Below are positions 1 to 14,430 of a DNA stretch of 64,000 bases, piece after piece. This DNA comes from Eledone cirrhosa (Eukaryota). The notes below the pieces were generated by a model. It was not told the DNA's origin. It saw nothing but the letters and a program-made list of their open reading frames with translations, and made no database searches. The DNA lies in assembly GCA_964016885.1 (NCBI GenBank), contig OZ024743.1:63364001-63428000 (forward strand), written 5' to 3'. Position 1 is the stretch's first letter; each line of letters starts with the position of its first letter. Both the position numbers and the translations under genes were made by a program.

Positions 1-122
1 GACCTCAAATCACAGACGCAGAGGAAATGACAAAGGATAGCAATGAAAGGAGAGATGCCATGCTGAGGACCTACCCAACCCATGCAAGCGTGGAAATACA
101 GACATAAAAACAATGATAATGA
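1..122 (+). mobile_element. Degenerate 3' end of RTE-type LINE
   Basis: Resembles the 3' end of the RTE copy at 40190-40314 (gacctca...acccatgcaagcgtgga...(GAT)n-like tail). Confidence 0.6.
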
Positions 123-294
123 AACAAATCTTCAGTGGCCAGAATGCTAGACAATTTTACACTTTCAAAACAAATAATCACAGTATCAATAATGGTTATG
201 ATGAATCCTTCAATTTCTATGATGATCATTCAGTTGTTTAATTAACTTAATGTCCAACTCCTGAATTAATAGAGCAGTGTAGTTAGTATGAAGC

Positions 295-449
295 AGCCAA
301 GAAATTGAGATCACCATAGAAGCGACAGAAAGGAATAAAGGGGATTTAAGGATTCAAGAGGCCATTATTATCAGCCGAATAAAACCAAGGATAAATAATA
401 GATCAGAAATAGTTACTGAAGCGACCCCACACGTGTTTTGATGACACAC
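295..449 (+). pseudogene. C-terminal GIY-YIG fragment of a Penelope-like element
   Basis: Manual translation SQEIEITIEATERNKGDLRIQEAIIISRIKPRINNRSE...* resembles the PLE endonuclease end (R-x-x-EA-x-x-I-x4-P-x-x-N) and the C-terminus of the 33607-34623 ORF. Confidence 0.45.
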
Positions 450-1729
450 AGGCCAATTAAGGAAGAATACTTCGATCACCCATTTTGTTTTGTTTTGAAC
501 TGTTTCAAAACAAATATGCTCAAATACACTGGGTAAAACATTACTTTGTTTTGTTTTATTTGTCATCATTTGTCCTTTGTATTTTTCTACTGTATTGTAC
601 TGGCTTTTTGAACATTATCGGACATGAATCAATGTTTAAATGGTTGAGTCTTCCACAGACATGTACCATTAATGTAGTTCCGAAGACGAATCCCTGACAA
701 TATATGACAAGATTTGATCTTTGAATTAGAGGCACAATCCATTCAATGAGCTTCTACAGATTCCACCTACCAAAATTCACTCAGTTAACCCAAGGCTGTG
801 GTAAAGACCAGGATGCTATACAGTGAGATTGAACCTAGGACCTTATAATTATGAAGCAAACTTCTGAACCACTAAGCTATGCTTCCATCCATAGTATCAA
901 TAGCTACATTAGGTAAAATAGTTATGCTGCATGGCTAAATCAAAGTAAAGTGTATTTCAAGGAATTAAAATTTATGTACCAACCCAGTTTACCAACAGAA
1001 GTTTCCATAATATTGGAACAAACTGGACAATTATCTTTAAAGGGTATACTTCTGTCGACAACAGCTAAGAAGTGTCTCTCTTGGCCAAGAAATAATGTTA
1101 GGAAACGCCTAATATATTTTTTCATAATCCCCATATTTAATCCATTTGTTACCATATTTCGAATAAAATACATTGTCAACGATTTTAACTACCATATATA
1201 CTCATATATGAGTCAAGAAATATGGGACAAAAAAAAAAAATAAAATAAAATAAAATGTGGGTTAATATTTTGCCAATTTTCATCAACTTCAAAATTCTAC
1301 ATAAATAAGGTGCTAAAATATTTTTGCTTTGGGAGGTGAATATTACACCAGTTTCACTTTCAACTTGAAATTCATATTTCCTATTGTTTTTTTTTTGTTT
1401 TGAATGAATATGGCCTTCAAAATTATATTATAGACTTTTAACTATTTTTGTTGTGAAATTAATTTCTCTCATTCATTTTCTTAATTCAGTTTAGAGGAAT
1501 TTAATAATATAACTACTTTTTCATTACTAAGCTGATGTTTGGAGCCTAACTTAAAGGATATTATATAAATATAAACACTTAAGAATAAACAACTTAGTAT
1601 TGTAAAACCACAGGTGGTTTCAGATGGTTTGGTATCAGTTAACTTTATGATTTTTTTCTGATTTTGAAAACATTAAAGGTAATCAAACCCATCCTTTTTT
1701 TTTTTTAACCTGAATACTACATGCTAGAA

Positions 1730-2100
1730 TAATACCCCCCTCCCTCATTTCTGAGGACAATGGCCAGTGACACCCACCCCACTTCACAAGGCTCCTTCTT
1801 CAGATGGGCTGCTGACATTTTGATTTTAAGGAGCAGCTCAGCAGTACAGAGTCCGAGAATGCCTGAGGTCTTAACGGCAACTGGTGCAAATAGGAAGTGG
1901 TTGGACAAGCCCCGGTATTTGCTTGGCTTCCTGTCCTGTGTGGTACTGGGTTTTGTGGCTGAAGCAAATAAATTAGAGGTGGAGAACATGTTGCAGCATA
2001 CACAGACCTGTCAAGAATGGCAGTGAGGTTGCATCGGACGCACTTCCTCCTGATGAACTACTTCGCCTTTCCCAAATTCTTGTTCACACTGCACAAGACA
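1730..2100 (-). pseudogene. Fragment of a non-LTR retrotransposon with restriction-like endonuclease (CRE/R2-group-like)
   Basis: ORF 1717-1989 has KY..L...F.PVAVKT.G..G and SLAIV.RN; an RPDA motif lies upstream in another frame (~2030-2041); this is the typical RLE C-terminal pattern. Confidence 0.5.
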
Positions 2101-2559
2101 CCTTGTCACCCTCATGCAGATCACCTCAGTGAACTTGATGCCACCATCCGATGCTGTGCAGAACTTATCATAGAGGATTGAAGGAGGAGCTAACAGAGAT
2201 AATTCTAAGAGTACATATCAACTCAGAAAAATAAAACAAAACTTATACTACTTCATTACTGTCTCAAATTATAAATCTTAATTAAAAGATTGAAGATATT
2301 TTATAAGTTTTGATTGTGCACTGATACAGAATTCACCATATTCCCTATCATTCTAACCTGGTACCATAGTTTTGGCATGAGGTATTTCGAAATTTGAACA
2401 TATATACTTGTGTATAAGTAACAGAAAGTATGTGAAAACCAGTATGTAGCTTATCTGCTGGACATTCAAAACCTCAATTCAAAATATTTGATAAATTGTA
2501 AAACTTGTATGTAAAATGGAGGTGCAATTTATACACAAGTAGATCTAATACATTCTCAC

Positions 2560-2691
2560 CACTTAAACATTTTGATAGCAAATTGCCTGAAACCTCTGGT
2601 TCTATAATACAAAACTTCATTTTAAAGTGTTTATAATCATCATCGTTTTTCTGTTCGTTTTTCCACACAAGCAGAGAATAAAAGAGGGAGG
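2560..2691 (-). CDS. Candidate internal host exon (132 bp, phase 1-1), product unknown
   Basis: Minus-strand acceptor tttttcAG and donor GTGAGA flank an open frame (SLFYSLLVWKNEQKNDDDYKHFKMKFCIIEPEVSGNLLSKCLS); no recognisable domain. Confidence 0.3.
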
Positions 2692-2883
2692 CTGAAAAAT
2701 TAATGGGGTGGATGTTGGGGGTGGATATTAATCGAGACCCAGTTTTCCCTCCTTTTCCTCTCATGGATTTAGATGCATGTATACATGAATATACACACAC
2801 ACACAGAGTATGTGTGTGAGGTGCAAATTTCTTAGCTGAGTATGGATCACTTATTGATACATTTAGTGTGAAGAGACTTAAAA

Positions 2884-3102
2884 CCCTTTAGCATTCACAT
2901 TACTCTACATATACTATTATATTTTCATGGCAAATGCTTTATCTCGCAATGATCTCACATAATATCGAATCTATGAGATTTTGAAAGTATTTATTTTGAG
3001 AACAATACCTTAACATCAGTATGAGTGACCAGTTACAGCCAGTTTCAACAGAAAAAGGTAAGAGAATTCTGGCCAGTTTTGGCCGGTTTGAACACTAATG
3101 GG
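2884..3102. mobile_element. piggyBac-like MITE (CCC...GGG ends)
   Basis: Termini ccctttagcatt / cactaatggg-ttaa; internal sequence shared with 13022, 51290, 56291 and 60597 copies. Confidence 0.6.
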
Positions 3103-3312
3103 TTAAAGGAAAAATAGAAAAAAATAAACAAACAGCATTTCTTGATGACCTTAAATTACTAATCTTGAGTAACATTGTACAGTTGTGTGTTTGGTGGGAT
3201 TGTCAACTATTATACAAATCTCTTATTTCAGATTATTATCAACTAACACTGTCTTTGAAACATTGATTTTCCATTTAGGGAACAAGATTCTTTTCCTTTG
3301 GTGGAAATAGTA

Positions 3313-4503
3313 TTGGGTTGGATAGAAAATTCCTGCCGTTTTTCAAAAGAAGGTATTTTGGAAATGTTGAAGGTTACACATGCACACATATATAGTGACG
3401 TTGGTATGCACTACATGTATTTCTCATTTTCTGTTATGCCGTCAAAGGGCATACCCAAAGTGATCTATCCAAATCAGTTATTTATAGCTGTTTACTTTAT
3501 GACTTCAAATTTAGCAGCATCAAATCATCACATTAACAATGCATTTCTGTCACGCACAATGTCTGAATGGTTTGTACACTTCCATTCTGATGATTACAGC
3601 CTTGAAGATTGACTTTGTGTAGGACGTCCATCCGACTTCAATGATGAGCAACTGCATGAGCTGGTGGGAGATGACTCACATCAGACATCATGTCAACTCC
3701 GAAGTGCTTAGGGCATCAAAAACAACCATCCCCAATCACTTGCATGCAACAGGAAAGGTGTCCAAGCTGGACCAATGGGTACTCCACAATCTGACTAGCC
3801 GTAATCGTGAATGTCAGGTGGCAGCTGCAAATTCTCTACTCTCCTACCATCACACAACCAACTGCTTACATTACATTGTCATTGGTGATGAAAAATGGTG
3901 TCTCTATATTAATGTCAAGTACAATTAATCATGGGTTTATAAAAAAAATGTGTCACAACGGCAAGCAAAGGCTGGCCTCCACCCTTGCAAGGTCTTACTG
4001 AGCATCTGGTGTGACTGGAAAGGTGTCATCCACTACAAACTGCTCCCAGCAAACACCAGCATAATTTCTGATGTCTATTGCCAACAACTTGACAAGTTAG
4101 CGGCAAAAATTGCACAAGTACTCCCACACCTTGGTCCTGTTCAATTCCTTAATGATAACACTAAACTGCATACATCAAGGATAGCCCGTGAAAAGCTAGA
4201 TTGGGAGTTTCTGCTTCACCCACTGTATTTGCTTGACCTTGAACCTACAGACTTTTTCACCTTTTTTCTCTCAATGAGCAATGCAATCAAAGACATTTGC
4301 AAATGAAGACTAGCTAAATCAATGGCTGACAGAATTTTTTTGCCTTGAAGCTAGAAGAATTCTACATTGTTCCTAAATCATGGCAGATAGTAATTGCAAA
4401 TGTTGGCGATTAGTTCGACTTCTAAAATTTTCCTAATGTTAAAAAATGCCAAAATCAATAAAAATTAAAAAAACGGCTTTTGAGAACTTTCTGTCCAACC
4501 TAA
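3313..4503 (+). mobile_element. Decayed mariner (DD34D) DNA transposon with TIRs and TA target duplication
   Basis: TIRs ttgggttggatagaaaattc (3313) and gaactttctgtccaacctaa (ends 4503), both flanked by TA; frameshifted transposase with WVLHNL (WVPHEL), IVIGDEKW, FLNDN and YLLDLEPTDF (YSPDLAPSD). Confidence 0.9.
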
Positions 4504-4544
4504 TAGCTATATTTGATTAACTTCACTTCGATATTTTATATTGC

Positions 4545-4800
4545 TACAGTGAGTTGATTTAGCCGAATCATTAGAACATAGTATACTTGTTCTGGCTCTA
4601 TGCACTTTGAATTCAAAACCTGTCAAGCTCCGTTTTGCTTTTTGTCCTCTTGGGATTGATATAGAATGTACTAATATATAATACTGTTAGTCATTTTATT
4701 GCATTCAAATCCTGCCAGAGTCCATTTCACCTTTCATCCTTCTGGGGTTGATAAAGATTGTACTAATATATAATGCTGTTAGTCATTTTATTGGGGTTTT
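4545..4800 (+). mobile_element. Degenerate SINE pieces with Nin/Deu-like central domain (partial tandem duplicate)
   Basis: Two copies of ttcaaa.cctg...ttt.c.tttcatccttctggggttgataaa, similar to 6121-6180. Confidence 0.5.
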
Positions 4801-5344
4801 TTAAGCTAAATTTAAACAACGAAATTGACAGCTTAGAGTCATAGAACCAAGTATATTTTTAGAGTGTTAGGTATCAAAAGTGTTTATATCTGTCTAAAAC
4901 CCTTCCATCATAATATTATGTAAGAATCTTTAAGTTATGTTCCAAATGCCAGCTTAATGAGAAATGTAGCTTTATTAGTGAATTCCTTCAAATTCTTGAT
5001 TATTTACAAAACTATTTAAAAATCATTGACAGTGTCTCATAAGAAATATGGTAACAAAAGGGTTACTGGCAGGATGGTCATGAGTTCCAGTCAAACAAAC
5101 TTTTCATTCAATTTCAATTTATGATCATTGTATAGAAATTGGCCATTGTATGTACGACTGGTCTATGAAAAAGTGGATTATAGCTGAAGTTGTAATAACA
5201 TAAAATAAGTAGAATTATATAGATGACAATAGTAATTACATCAATAATAACAGGATTACAATAGAACTGTGCAGAGATCCAGCAGCATACTGTCTCCAAA
5301 TTTGTTTCAGTTTTATCCTCTTTAGTCCTAACTGAAAATAAATA

Positions 5345-5715
5345 GCTACACACACACACACCATACACACAAATATAGTTACGCACAAACATATATAGTT
5401 GTGCACGCACACACAAGTATACATTTATATGCATACACACACACACACATGTACATAATTTATATAATTATACACACACACACATATATATATACATACA
5501 CACATATATATATATATACATATACAGAACAAATGTATACTGGTACACAAAATATAGTTGTACACACACACAAATATATAGTTGTGTTCATACACACAGA
5601 AAACTATATAGCTGTGTCTGTACACATACAAATATATACTGGCACACATACACACACAGAGAAAAAACGTGAGATTTCAGTACACACATACATCTGTGTA
5701 ATCGCATACACTTAT
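5345..5715. repeat. Degenerate (CA)n/(TA)n microsatellite
   Basis: Direct inspection. Confidence 0.8.
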
Positions 5716-5719
5716 CGAT

Positions 5720-5950
5720 ATGGGATGGCTATGTGGTTAAGAAGTTCGCTTGGCACCTTGGGCACGTGATTTCTACTATAGACTCAGGATGATCAAGTCT
5801 TATAAGTGAAACTTGGTAGCGGTGTGTTTGTGTGTCCATATTTACATTTATTGTATAAAATGTTCCATAACTTAGTGGTTCGACAAAAAGAAATTGATAG
5901 AATAAGTACCAGTGTTCAGAAAATAAATAGTGGTGTCAATATGACTGACT
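5720..5950 (+). mobile_element. tRNA-derived SINE, degenerate (same family as 10470-10850)
   Basis: A-box-like tggctatgtggttaag; CORE-like ccttgggca; shared cataacttagtg and aataagtacc segments. Confidence 0.5.
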
Positions 5951-6049
5951 ACTCATCGGTTCTAAATAATAGTAGGCGCGGGTATAGGCGAGAGAGTAAG
6001 AAAATCGGTAATTTTTCTAGGTTGTCTTCATTAATTTTTTAAAAACCAG

Positions 6050-6231
6050 GGCAGTGGATTGGCAGTATCGGTAGAGTCGGACGCCATGCTTTCCAGCATA
6101 GTTACGTCCCTTTACGATCTGAGTTCAAATCCCGCCGAGGTTGACTTTGCCTTTCATCCTTACGGGGTCGATAAAATAAAGTAACAGTAATGCACTGGGT
6201 AATTGCTGGCCTTGTGCCTAAAGTAGAAACA
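6050..6231 (+). mobile_element. tRNA-derived SINE with Nin/Deu-like domain and 20-bp target-site duplication
   Basis: A box tggcagtatcgg, B box gagttcaaatccc, gcctttcatccttacggggtcgataaaata; TSD attaattttttaaaaaccag at 6030-6049 and 6232-6251. Confidence 0.8.
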
Positions 6232-7084
6232 ATTAATTTTTTAAAAACCAGAATTAGTTGTTTAGTTTACATATTGAGACCCCAGGATACTATAAACATC
6301 TGAATTAAAAAAACCACATCAAGATTTCTTGGAAAATACAAAACACTATGACTGCATTACATTTAAAATGTACTTTATGCTAATATTAGAAATTTTCAAA
6401 ATCTGTCCAACAGTAAAGATATAAACATCTGAATTAACAAACCTGCTTCTAGATATTTTCCAATAGATCATTATACGATGTTAAGAGTTAAACTGGAACA
6501 AAATGAAATTTACAGCTCATACCCATGCGGGTTTAAGCTGCCCTCCTACAAGGTTACATTTTAGAGGTTTCTAGGGGCCCTACTTCTATCATAGGGAAAA
6601 AAGGGAAATGAAGCACCTTGCACAAGAACATAACATATTGCCTGATCCAGGATTCAAACCAACATCCTTATGATCATCAGTCTAACATCCTAAATACTAT
6701 ATGGCATGCCTTCACATCCATTGGGAGGGGGGGGGGGCGTATTCACACACGTTATACTGATAAATATGTAATTGTTGTTCCACTTGCTTTTAAAGTGTTA
6801 TAAATCACTCCTCCCCAAATTACACATCCACAGAGAACTTAATAAAAAAAAAAAAATTGACTCTACTGGGATTATCTTTTTTGGCTCAAACACAAATGAA
6901 TAGAGAAACATAACCCCTAAGTAAACTGTGTTGCTTACATTGTAATTTTAATTCATGGTTTAAGTTGTTTCTCTTTCATTCCTTCATTATGTGAAAACAC
7001 ATGGTTAGGATGTTGGACTCATGATTATATGGTCATGTGTTCAATTACTGGATTGGGCAACAAGTTGTGTTATTGAGAAAGACA

Positions 7085-7328
7085 CTTCATTTTGTATAGC
7101 TTTTCATGACAGGACTAAAGTCCCTATTATTAAAACACCCTAAAACCTCCTGTCTAATGCACCCTCATCGGAGATCTGTTAAGCTTGCATAGGTGTGGAC
7201 TATAAATTTCATTTCGTATAGCTTTTCATGACAGGACTAAGGTCCCTATTATTAAAACACCCTAAAACCTCCTGTCCGATGCATCCTCATCGGAGCTTGC
7301 ATAGGTGTGGACTATAAATTTCATTTCA
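7085..7328. repeat. ~120-bp direct tandem duplication inside a SINE remnant
   Basis: ttcattt.gtatagcttttcatgacaggactaa...gcataggtgtggactataaatt occurs twice. Confidence 0.8.
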
Positions 7329-9436
7329 CCCCCACCCTGCCACACACACACAAAACACCATATTTTAATGAAAAGACACTGTCAATAATTTCGAAATCAT
7401 CTTGAAAATAATTAAAAATTTGGAATGATTTAGTAATATAATGAACTTTCTCATTATTAAGCAGGTGTAATAAAATATGTCACAAAATATGGAAGGTTTT
7501 AATATAAACACTTAATGAACAGCTTTGGAACCTAGAACCATGAGTGGTTTTAGGCAGTTAAGAATTACAAAGAGTTAACACTTAGAGCCATAAACATCAC
7601 AAGCCAACAAGGGAACCTGCTAGAGATAGCAGCCAAATTGCTATTAAATCACACATTGCTACACGTTACAAGAAAGGACATATCAGATAATATAATAGTC
7701 CTAAATATACTATATCTGAAAAATGAGCTTGGATTGTCATAGTTGGAACATCTGTGGTCATATATCAGCTTGATCAGAGCTAGCCTGGAGCGAAACAACA
7801 TCAGAGTTTCTCATTCCCTATTTCTTAAAAATCATGGGAACAAGCCCACACATTTTGGCACTTGCTTGAGAGGGGGTTTCTTCACTGAAGACCTTCTGCT
7901 GTTCAGCTCTCCTGAGAGTTTCTTACCAGTTTCTTATCACTGTCAAGGGAACAATAGGCTCAGCTTAGCTTTTACTTAGGTTAAAGTCTGTCCTAAGATC
8001 CACAGCTCATCAAACCAGAGCTTTGGTTTCATTGGTGTTAAGCAATTGAGAGTATAAGACCACTTCCCTTGGGTGGAATGACAATGCCAGTCCAATGCAG
8101 GATTAAACCCCTGCTGCTGTTAGTCATTTTTTACAGCTGAATGGAATAGAGCCACAGGAAATAGTGTCTTACTCAAAAGCACAGTATGCTGCCTGATCTG
8201 TGAATTGAACTCATGATCTTCAGCCCAACACTAACCACTACACTACAGTCTTAATGTTGACAATAAACATCACTGATGTTTAATTTAGTTATAGATATTT
8301 TCTTAAAAACAACTTCATAGAGAAGATTAATGCCAGCAATGATATAAATAGTTCATTACTGACATGCTGGGGTTTATCAGTAAATTACATTTTTCAGCCT
8401 GTGGCATTTGAGATGTCCTGGGGAGCTGGGCCACTGACAATGAGGCTTTTGTCATTAGCAGCTGATATTTTCCCACTGAAATGATACTCTAGCAGGGCTT
8501 GGCTATTCCAATGCCTTGACCTTGCTATCACCTGCAATAATAATTGCCTCAAAATACTTTAGAGAGCAACACCTGGATTCCCTGTCCTAGCATGTAATTC
8601 AGTGTATTTGTCTCATCTCTATTTTCTTCTTTCTGACTATTTTTACTGATTATTTCTTTTGAAATCATAAACTATATTATAAATTGTTTATATATCTCTA
8701 GGCCTGGAGTGGGATGGGCCCCACCAGGCTTAAAAATACTCAAGAAACGCTGTATGTCAAGGTACCCCTATGACTATCAGGAGTTACGAGACCATACATA
8801 TCTCTATATATATATATATATGCGTATATATATATATATATACCATCATCATTAATGTCCATTTTTCCACGCTTGTATGGGTTAGACTGGTGATTAACAT
8901 GCTCATACAGCTTGATCTCTATGGCTGGATGCCCTTTCTAACATCAACTGCATGACAGTGAGGACTGGGTGCTTTCTATAATGGCACCAACTTTTGCGTT
9001 CTCTGTTCTCTCCTTTCTTTTTCTCCCTCTTTGTTGCTCTTTCCATGTGTGTCTATATATGACATATGTCCAAACGAACACTTCTATTTTTCTCACTTTG
9101 CCTTCTGTGGCTGTGCTGAGCTTTGTTTCCATCTCTTCTTTCCAATCACAGTAGATACATTTGTAGCAAATTTTATTTTCTTGCAAATAGTCAAAAGACC
9201 AATCATCTTGTCTTGTGCCTATTTGTTACTGTTCACATGAGCACTGGAGTAAGCACCGAAAACACAAGGGCCTCCAGCAGTCAACTGATGAGAAGGGTCT
9301 GTCCTAGGTTTCGTCCATTTTTCCGTTGTTATCATCTACCTTTTATTTTTATTCATTTTGTATGATCTTAGCCACGTGGGGCACTTTTTCAAATCTTTAT
9401 GTATGTGCATGTGTGTATATATTTGTATATATATAT

Positions 9437-9776
9437 GGAGGCACATGGCTTAGTGGTTAGAGCATTGGCCTTGCAATCGAAAGGTTGTGAGTTCAATTCT
9501 CAGACCGGGTGATGTGTTGTTTCCTTGAGCAAGACACTTTATTTCACATTGCTCCAGTTTACTCAGCTGTAGAAATGAGATGATAGGGATGATAGGTCCA
9601 TATCATTCCACTGCAAAGTGGTCGTGGAGGTGCCACGGCAAAAAAGCACCCAGCACTCACTGTAAATGAGGTTGGTGTTAGGAAGGGCATCCAGCTGTAG
9701 AAATCTAGCCAGAATCAGTTCCCGTCTCACCCTTGCAAGCAGGGAAAAAGCGGACGTAAAATGAAATGATGATGAT
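9437..9776 (+). mobile_element. tRNA-head CORE-like SINE with RTE-derived 3' end and (GAT)n tail
   Basis: A box tggcttagtgg, B box gagttcaattc, CORE-like ccttgagcaagacacttt; 3' end cccttgcaagcagggaaaa(a)gcggacgtaaaatga nearly identical to RTE end at 40273-40306. Confidence 0.85.
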
Positions 9777-10469
9777 ATATATATTTGGGGTGTTAGAAAG
9801 TGCATGCAGCTATAGAAACTGTACCAAATTATGGGATGCAACACCAAGACGCATCTCTCCAGCCTGTGTAGTCTCAGACAGTGATGATCCATCCAACTCA
9901 TGTTGACATAGAAAAATTAATATATAACGATGATAATTTTACATTTATATAATAGCATTATGTGTATGCGAAAATCACAGTTCACTCACAGTTACAGGTA
10001 TTTATATAATCCAATCATAAACCTAATAATCATAATCATAATTACTACCACCACCACCACCACTACCGTCATCATCAGTAGATATGTTTTAAAATAGATC
10101 AAATCCAAGCTAAAACTGAACTTCTTTACCACAGCTAATTGGTATTAACTTGGCTGCTGTAAAGGAAAAGCTAAAGAATTCATCTTTATTATAATTATCA
10201 GGAGAAATTTCTCTAGAAATAACAAACTAAGTTGTTAAAAATTATTCCAACATAGAATCACATCTGATAAAGATAGATGATAAAAATTCAGAATCAAATG
10301 ATGTTAAATCATTAGATCTTAAAATATGCAAAGGAAATTCATTAAGCTTTTGTTTTCTTATACTCATTAATTTTCAAACTAATGATTCAATTTCAAAATA
10401 GAAACGCATGTTAAAAACAAATAAAAGAGCTGCAGACAAGACTGGTAATCTGGGTTCAGTACTAATGCG

Positions 10470-10850
<381 letters not shown>

Positions 10851-13021
10851 ATATAAGAAAGGCAGGGGAAAAGAGAGAGATGAAAGTCAAAACCTGACAT
10901 CTAAAAATAGTTACTTAAAAAAAATCAGAACTAACTATCCATCCAGAAATATGCAATGGATACAAATGGATAACACATGTGGAAATTTTCAACATCTGAC
11001 AAAGAACAGAACTTCTTAAAATAGTCTGAAGAAAGAAAATCAGCTTTCTCAAAGTAGCTATATGTTGGAAAGTGTAAAATTTAAAGATTATCTGTGACTA
11101 GACCACCCATGACCAGTTGGGTCACGTTCGTTCACTTCAAAATATTTTAAAATAATTAAAATATACACACATGTATATAATGTGAAATGAAACTGGAAGG
11201 CTTAGTAGTACATAGATGTTTAACTCAAAATTGCATTATCAAGGTATTTTTGAAAAGTACAAAGCTAGATCATGACTACATCATAGTAAACATCAACATT
11301 TTTAGTTTACAGCAAATTTTCATAAAGATCTATCTGTTCACCAGTAAAGACAATATAAACATTTGAGGTAACAAGCCCATTTTGTTTAGATATTTTCTGC
11401 TAAATCATAATAGTATGTTAAGAGTTAAATATAAAATGTCAAAATTGAAAGTTTCTTGTACATTGATCATGGGAGATGGAGTTAGAGTTTATCTCCCACT
11501 TCAGAAAAGTCACTTTTCTTTATGATTGGAACTATCTAATATAGGAGTCACAATTGTCAAGTGATTGAAATGAATTTTTTTTTTATTTATAGCTCACACC
11601 TATGCAAGATTAGCTGGCCTCCTCTGAGGTTATGATTCATAGGAAGGTTCTTCAGTAATTTAATGATAGAGACCATTGTCCTAACATGAAAAGCAATGTG
11701 ATCATCATATTCATCGTTTAACGTCCACTTTCCCCGCTAGCAGGAGTTAGATGGGTTGTCCCATTTAAGGCAAGTTGGGTCAAGTGACCGTGTCTTGTTC
11801 ATATAGAACTGTTTCTGGCTAGATTTCTACAGCTGGATGCCCTTCCTAATGCCAACCACATTTACAATGTGTGCTGGGTGCTTGTTGTGACTCCTACACG
11901 ACCACCTTACAGTGTGTGCTGGGTTGCTTTTTGTCATGACACCTACACGACCACCTTACTTTACGATTCCTAGTATATCACTATATCCTTCAGTAGATAC
12001 TACATTATATTTAACATGCCTTACAAACAAATAAATAAATCATGAAATTTACGACAGAATTGTAAACTGTTTTTATTTCTAACTTCTATTTTACTGGCTT
12101 TCCTAAAATAATTTTAACCAAATAAAATTTTAAATGAAACAAATCTTCACATTCACTTATGACATCGAAAACAGAAAAATTCAAAGTTAATGCTCCAAAC
12201 ACCAACTTAAAAATAAGAGAGTTAATTTTACTTAATCACTCTAATCTCGTCATTATTTTCCAACTTATAGGTATGATTATTATAGGTATCTGAAAGAGTT
12301 AAATGGCAACTGTATTACACATGGTATAACTTGTTTCTTTCATCACTCTTGATCCTTTAGTTACCAACCTGGTCAAAACTGGCTCTGGTTCTATGAAATA
12401 AAACCACACATTTTAAAGGTTTCCAATTTGAATTAAAATCTTCCAACATAATTTTATATCAGAATCTTACATTAAGTTACAATCTTGGTAATGAAATAAT
12501 TAATAATTTCAATAAATCCCTCAAAATTCTTCATCAATTGATTGAAATAGTGTATTTCATTAGAAATACAGTAATGAAAGGGTTAATATTTAGACCAGTA
12601 GCCCTTGACACAACATACAACACAATATTTAAAATAATATCTACGACTTTACCATAAACTTTTTTACTAGTTTGTTGTTTTCTAATAATTCATTTCTCCT
12701 TGAAAATACATCCTTTCTAATATGTATTCATTTGAAATGAAGTATCATCATTATTCAAAACAGTGATTCAAAACCACAAACCTTGACACACTTATGCACT
12801 GCAAGATGTAATTAAGTGTGCTGTGAAAAAGCAAGACTATTTTAAAATGTAAAAAATATATATTGAAATTCATGATAAAAAATATATATATAACTATCAA
12901 AGTGAGAAACAAGCTAAGAATAAAAACATTGCCAAAAAATACCAAGCACATGTTTCTCATTTATAACTTTGCTCCAGTTATTGACTAAAGAAGGAAGTAG
13001 AAATACTTCCTGTATTATTAA

Positions 13022-13213
13022 CCCTTTAGCATCCAGCCAGAACGCTCTCACCTCTTTCTGTTCAAACCAGCCGTAATTGGCCACTCATAACCAATGTTAA
13101 GGTGTTGTTCTTAAAATAAATGACATCAACATCTCATAGCTTTGATATTATGTGAGAAAGCCTTTACTGTGAAAATACAATAGTAAATATAGAGTACTGT
13201 AAATGCTAAAGGG
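13022..13213. mobile_element. piggyBac-like MITE
   Basis: TTAA-ccctttagcat ... atgctaaaggg-TCAA; reverse-orientation relative of the 56291 family. Confidence 0.65.
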
Positions 13214-14057
13214 TCAATTATCTATATTTTTTTCTTTATGCTATACTAATATGTATAAACATGCCAAGACAAAAAGTACCCAGTCCACACTGTAAATGTG
13301 GTTGGCATTAGGAAAGGCTTCCAGCTATAGACACAAAGCTAATGTGAGGTCCAGTCTGAGCAAGACACAGTCATCTGATCTGGCTCACATCTGGACATGT
13401 ATAACCCATGCAAGCATGGGAAATTGGACGTTAAAAGGTGATGATGATTTCATTTGAAAACAATTTTAGAATTTAGGTACAAAGTGCACCAAAATATTTT
13501 TACTTGTTCTAAAGTGAGCAGTGAGTAAAAAAAGAAAAAGTTTGGAAACCACTGATTTAACATGAATCATTTCCACTAGCAAACCCTCAGACAGCAATCT
13601 CAACCTGCATTAAAAGATACCTATAGAGAGCCACCTGTTATTTTCTATCAACACCATATTTCCAACAGTATCACAGCTTTTGGCTCTCCCATGTAATTAC
13701 CTCCTTACATCAACAGACTTCAGTACACTTTTGTATTTCCCTAAACATACACAAGCAGGTGTTGTTGGACTTCTGCTGGTTCCAACAACAGCCTGTTTAT
13801 GATATTAACGTACAACAACAGCCTGTTTATGATATTAACGTACAAGTGGCTAAGCATTTCACAGGCACATCATGTCGATGTTGGAGCTTTATCAATTCAA
13901 ATTATGAGTGTTACAGTTATTCGAACAGAGGGACAGACTGCATGCGAAATTAATGTACAAGTGGCTGAGCATTCCACAGACACATCATGTTATTGTTGTT
14001 GCTGGACCTTCAACAGTTCTAATGAGTGTTCAAGCTGTTCAAACAATAGAGCAGTCA

Positions 14058-14430
14058 GCTCAAGTCCCGAATAATAGGGAAGGGTTGGAATAAGTGGGAG
14101 GTTGGAATAAACGGGGGGGGGGGGGATAAGTGGGGGAGGAATCGGTAATTTTTCTAGGTTGTCTGTTAAATTTTTTTAAAACCAGAATTAGCCATTTAGT
14201 TTACATATTGAGACCCCAATCCATTCTATTTATTTTATAATGAATGGTATTTGTAGTTATGTTTTTTTTTTTTTGTCATGAATAATGCTTTTTTAATATA
14301 TAAAGAAAATTAATTGTCACTGGAATGCTATCACTTAAAATAAAATTTCACCAGAGATAGAGTAGCAACATTTAATAAGCAGGGGGGAATTAATAGGTGG
14401 GGGTAGACAATTATTCGAAACCCGAGAGTA
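14058..14430. mobile_element. Putative MITE inserted in a SINE-like repeat
   Basis: Imperfect inverted ends (cccgaataat / attattcgaaacccgagagta); internal part matches 5950-6285; same repeat family on both sides (13760-14050, 14440-14600). Confidence 0.45.

Noticed and set aside
8390-8600. GC-richer stretch with a possible minus-strand acceptor (similar case at 62250-62520)
   Set aside because: Short frames ending in stops and no recognisable homology
9290-9320. CTGATGA close to gtttcgtcc, resembling a hammerhead
   Set aside because: The two half-cores are on opposite strands; no consistent fold
9526-9540. SINE CORE and RTE 3' UTR motif gagcaagacac as source of the satellite core
   Set aside because: Only a partial match (GCAAGACAC versus GCAAGACCA); the array's own flank gives an exact match
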